24,000 bases of DNA from Lysobacteraceae bacterium (GTDB lineage: Bacteria; Pseudomonadota; Gammaproteobacteria; Nitrococcales; AK92): NCBI GenBank assembly GCA_012523465.1, contig JAAYIK010000029.1, forward strand, positions 18,392 through 42,391, in the 5' to 3' direction. The position numbers were made by a program, and so were the translations under genes. The notes beneath the pieces are model-generated. The model was not told the DNA's origin, made no database searches, and saw only the letters and a program-made list of their open reading frames with translations. Shown in pieces: positions 21,987 to 24,000 of the stretch (positions are counted from its first letter, which is position 1; each line of letters starts with the position of its first letter).

Positions 21987-23615
21987 ATGGAATACCAGCG
22001 CCTATTTCTTTATACGGCTCTTGGCGGCCTTTTGCTGTTGCTGTGGATGACCTGGCAGCAGGACTATCATCGTCCGCCAGAAGTGGCGCAGGCGCCCGGC
22101 GTCCAGCAGAGTCGGCCGCTCGCCCAGCCCGTCGCGCCCGACGTGCCGGCCGAGACCGAGGCCGGCGGCGAGGCACGGCTGATCCGGGTCGAGACCGACC
22201 TTATGACGGCCGAGATCAGCACCGTCGGCGGCGATGTCCGCAGCGGTCGTCTGCATCGCTACGGCATCTCCATCGACGATCCCACCCCGATCGCCTTGCT
22301 GCAAAGCGACGGCACTCGCTTCTATATTGCGCAATCGGGCCTGGAGGCGCAGGACGCCGCCGCGCCCGGGGTACAGGCAGTGTTCCGTGCCGAGCAGGAC
22401 AGCTACCAGTTGCCCGAGGGCGCCGATCAGCTGACCGTGACCCTGAATTGGGTCGACGAGTCCGGGATCGCGGTGGAGAAGCGCTACACTTTCCACCGCG
22501 ACAGCTATGTCATCGATCTGGAGCAGCGGGTCCACAACCACAGCGTCCAGCCCTGGCAGGGCTTCCAGTACGTACAGCTGCGCCGTACCAAGCCGGAGGA
22601 GAAGCGCAGTTTCATGTTTGGCGCCCACAGCTACACTGGCGGCGTGGTGCATGGGCCTGACTGGCGCTACAAGAAAATCTCTTTCGACGAGATGGCCAAC
22701 CGGACCCTCAAGGGCGAGCCGCAGCGCGATCTGCAGGGCGGCTGGCTGGCCATGCTGCAGCACTATTTCGTCTCGGCCTGGGTGCCGCCCCAGGACGCGA
22801 CCTACCGCTACTACGCCCGCGCGGTGGATGGCCAATACATACTGGGCGCCTCTTCGCCCTGGCAGCTGGCCCAGCCTGGCGAGAGTGTGGTCTTCACCGG
22901 CAAGCTGTACACCGGTCCCAAGGACCAGGCGAGGCTGGCGGCGGTGGCGCCAGACCTGGAGCTGACCGTCGACTACGGCAAGCTGTCCATCATCTCCAAG
23001 CCACTGTTCTGGCTGCTGAGCAAGATCAACGCCTTAGTCGGTAACTGGGGCTGGGCCATCGTGCTGCTGACCTTGCTGATCAAGGTCGTCTTCTACAAGC
23101 TGTCCGAGGCCAGCTATCGCTCTATGGCACGGATGCGCAAGGTGCAGCCGCAGATGCAAGCGCTCAGGGAGCGCTACGGGGACGACCGGCAGCGTCTCAA
23201 TCAGGAGCTGATGGAGCTCTACAAGCGAGAGAAGATCAATCCGCTTGGCGGCTGCCTGCCGATCCTCATCCAAATCCCCGTCTTCATCGCTCTCTACTGG
23301 GTGCTACTGGAGAGCGTGGAGCTGCGCCATGCGGACTGGATCCTGTGGTACCGGGACCTGTCATCGCCGGATCCCTACTTCGTGCTGCCCATCCTGATGG
23401 GCGCCTCCATGCTGCTGCAGCAGCGCCTCAACCCGGCGCCGTTGGATCCCATACAGCAGCGAGTGATGACGATACTACCCATCGTCTTCACCGTATTCTT
23501 CGTGTTCTTCCCGGCTGGCCTGGTGCTGTACTGGGTGACCAACAACGTCCTTTCCATTGGCCAGCAATGGCTGATCACCAGCCGCATCGAGCGGAGCGAA
23601 AAGGCCAAGGCCTGA
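21987..23615 (+). CDS. yidC: Membrane protein insertase YidC
   Basis: 542 aa. An N-terminal TM segment is followed by a large periplasmic domain. The conserved C-terminal core reads [21 protein letters not shown]...[36 protein letters not shown]. Confidence 0.96.
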   Translation: MEYQRLFLYTALGGLLLLLWMTWQQDYHRPPEVAQAPGVQQSRPLAQPVAPDVPAETEAGGEARLIRVETDLMTAEISTVGGDVRSGRLHRYGISIDDPTPIALLQSDGTRFYIAQSGLEAQDAAAPGVQAVFRAEQDSYQLPEGADQLTVTLNWVDESGIAVEKRYTFHRDSYVIDLEQRVHNHSVQPWQGFQYVQLRRTKPEEKRSFMFGAHSYTGGVVHGPDWRYKKISFDEMANRTLKGEPQRDLQGGWLAMLQHYFVSAWVPPQDATYRYYARAVDGQYILGASSPWQLAQPGESVVFTGKLYTGPKDQARLAAVAPDLELTVDYGKLSIISKPLFWLLSKINALVGNWGWAIVLLTLLIKVVFYKLSEASYRSMARMRKVQPQMQALRERYGDDRQRLNQELMELYKREKINPLGGCLPILIQIPVFIALYWVLLESVELRHADWILWYRDLSSPDPYFVLPILMGASMLLQQRLNPAPLDPIQQRVMTILPIVFTVFFVFFPAGLVLYWVTNNVLSIGQQWLITSRIERSEKAKA

Positions 23616-23625
23616 GGGAGTGCCA

Positions 23626-24000
23626 ATGACGGGGTGGGACGACACCATCTGCGCCGTCGCCACCCCGCCAGGCCAGGGCGGGGTCGGCATCGTCCGGGCC
23701 TCGGGGCCAGCGGCCGGGCGAATCGCCCGCGCCTTGCTGGGGGCCGAACCCAAGCCACGCCATGCCCACTTCGCCCGTTTTCGCGCCGCCGACGGCGAGC
23801 TGCTGGACGAAGGGCTGTTGCTGTTCTTCCCTGGCCCAGCTTCCTTCACCGGCGAGGACGTGGTGGAGCTGCACGGCCACGGCGGACCGGTGGTACTGGA
23901 CCGGCTGCTGCGACGAGTGATGGAGCTGGGCGCCCGCCTGGCCCGGCCCGGCGAGTTTTCCGAGCGTGCCTTTCACAACGGCAAGCTGGATCTGGCCCAG
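23626..24000 (+). CDS. mnmE: tRNA modification GTPase MnmE (TrmE); 3' end lies outside the window
   Basis: Read directly from the sequence. A GGGAG SD precedes the ATG at 23626. The product reads [28 protein letters not shown]...[25 protein letters not shown]...[20 protein letters not shown], the canonical MnmE N-terminal domain. The frame stays open to the window end. Confidence 0.92.
   Translation, partial: MTGWDDTICAVATPPGQGGVGIVRASGPAAGRIARALLGAEPKPRHAHFARFRAADGELLDEGLLLFFPGPASFTGEDVVELHGHGGPVVLDRLLRRVMELGARLARPGEFSERAFHNGKLDLAQ

Overview
This is a high-GC gammaproteobacterial chromosomal window spanning the canonical replication-origin neighbourhood. The minus strand carries dnaA-dnaN-recF-gyrB (21.1 to 14.7 kb). 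The plus strand carries rpmH-rnpA-yidD-yidC-mnmE (21.3 to 24.0 kb). Upstream lie housekeeping and accessory genes: a 5'-truncated kexin-like S8 protease followed by a small putative lipoprotein, then polA, a beta-barrel OMP, a LOG-family protein and a DUF2782 protein. After these come a three-gene TRAP transporter (Q-M-P order, Tat-signal binding protein), uvrD, oxyR, and a frameshifted REC/degenerate-GGDEF gene. rpmH (45 codons) and the partial mnmE are not in the supplied ORF track and were read directly from the sequence. I see no rRNA, tRNA, CRISPR array, transposase, integrase, phage gene or recognisable defence system, and no convincing multi-gene novel system. Four observations seem worth a second look. 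(1) A DnaA-box cluster with an AT-rich tract sits in the dnaA-dnaN spacer, a likely oriC at a position unusual for gammaproteobacteria. (2) The kexin-like protease is paired with a downstream lipoprotein, recalling the Aeromonas ASP/ORF2 protease and external chaperone. (3) The REC-GGDEF gene is broken by a 1-nt frameshift, and its GGDEF motif is degenerate (DNDEY) while the RxxD I-site is kept. (4) Several gene starts differ from the longest-ORF calls. Most other long ORFs in the track are antisense or out-of-frame artefacts of high GC content.
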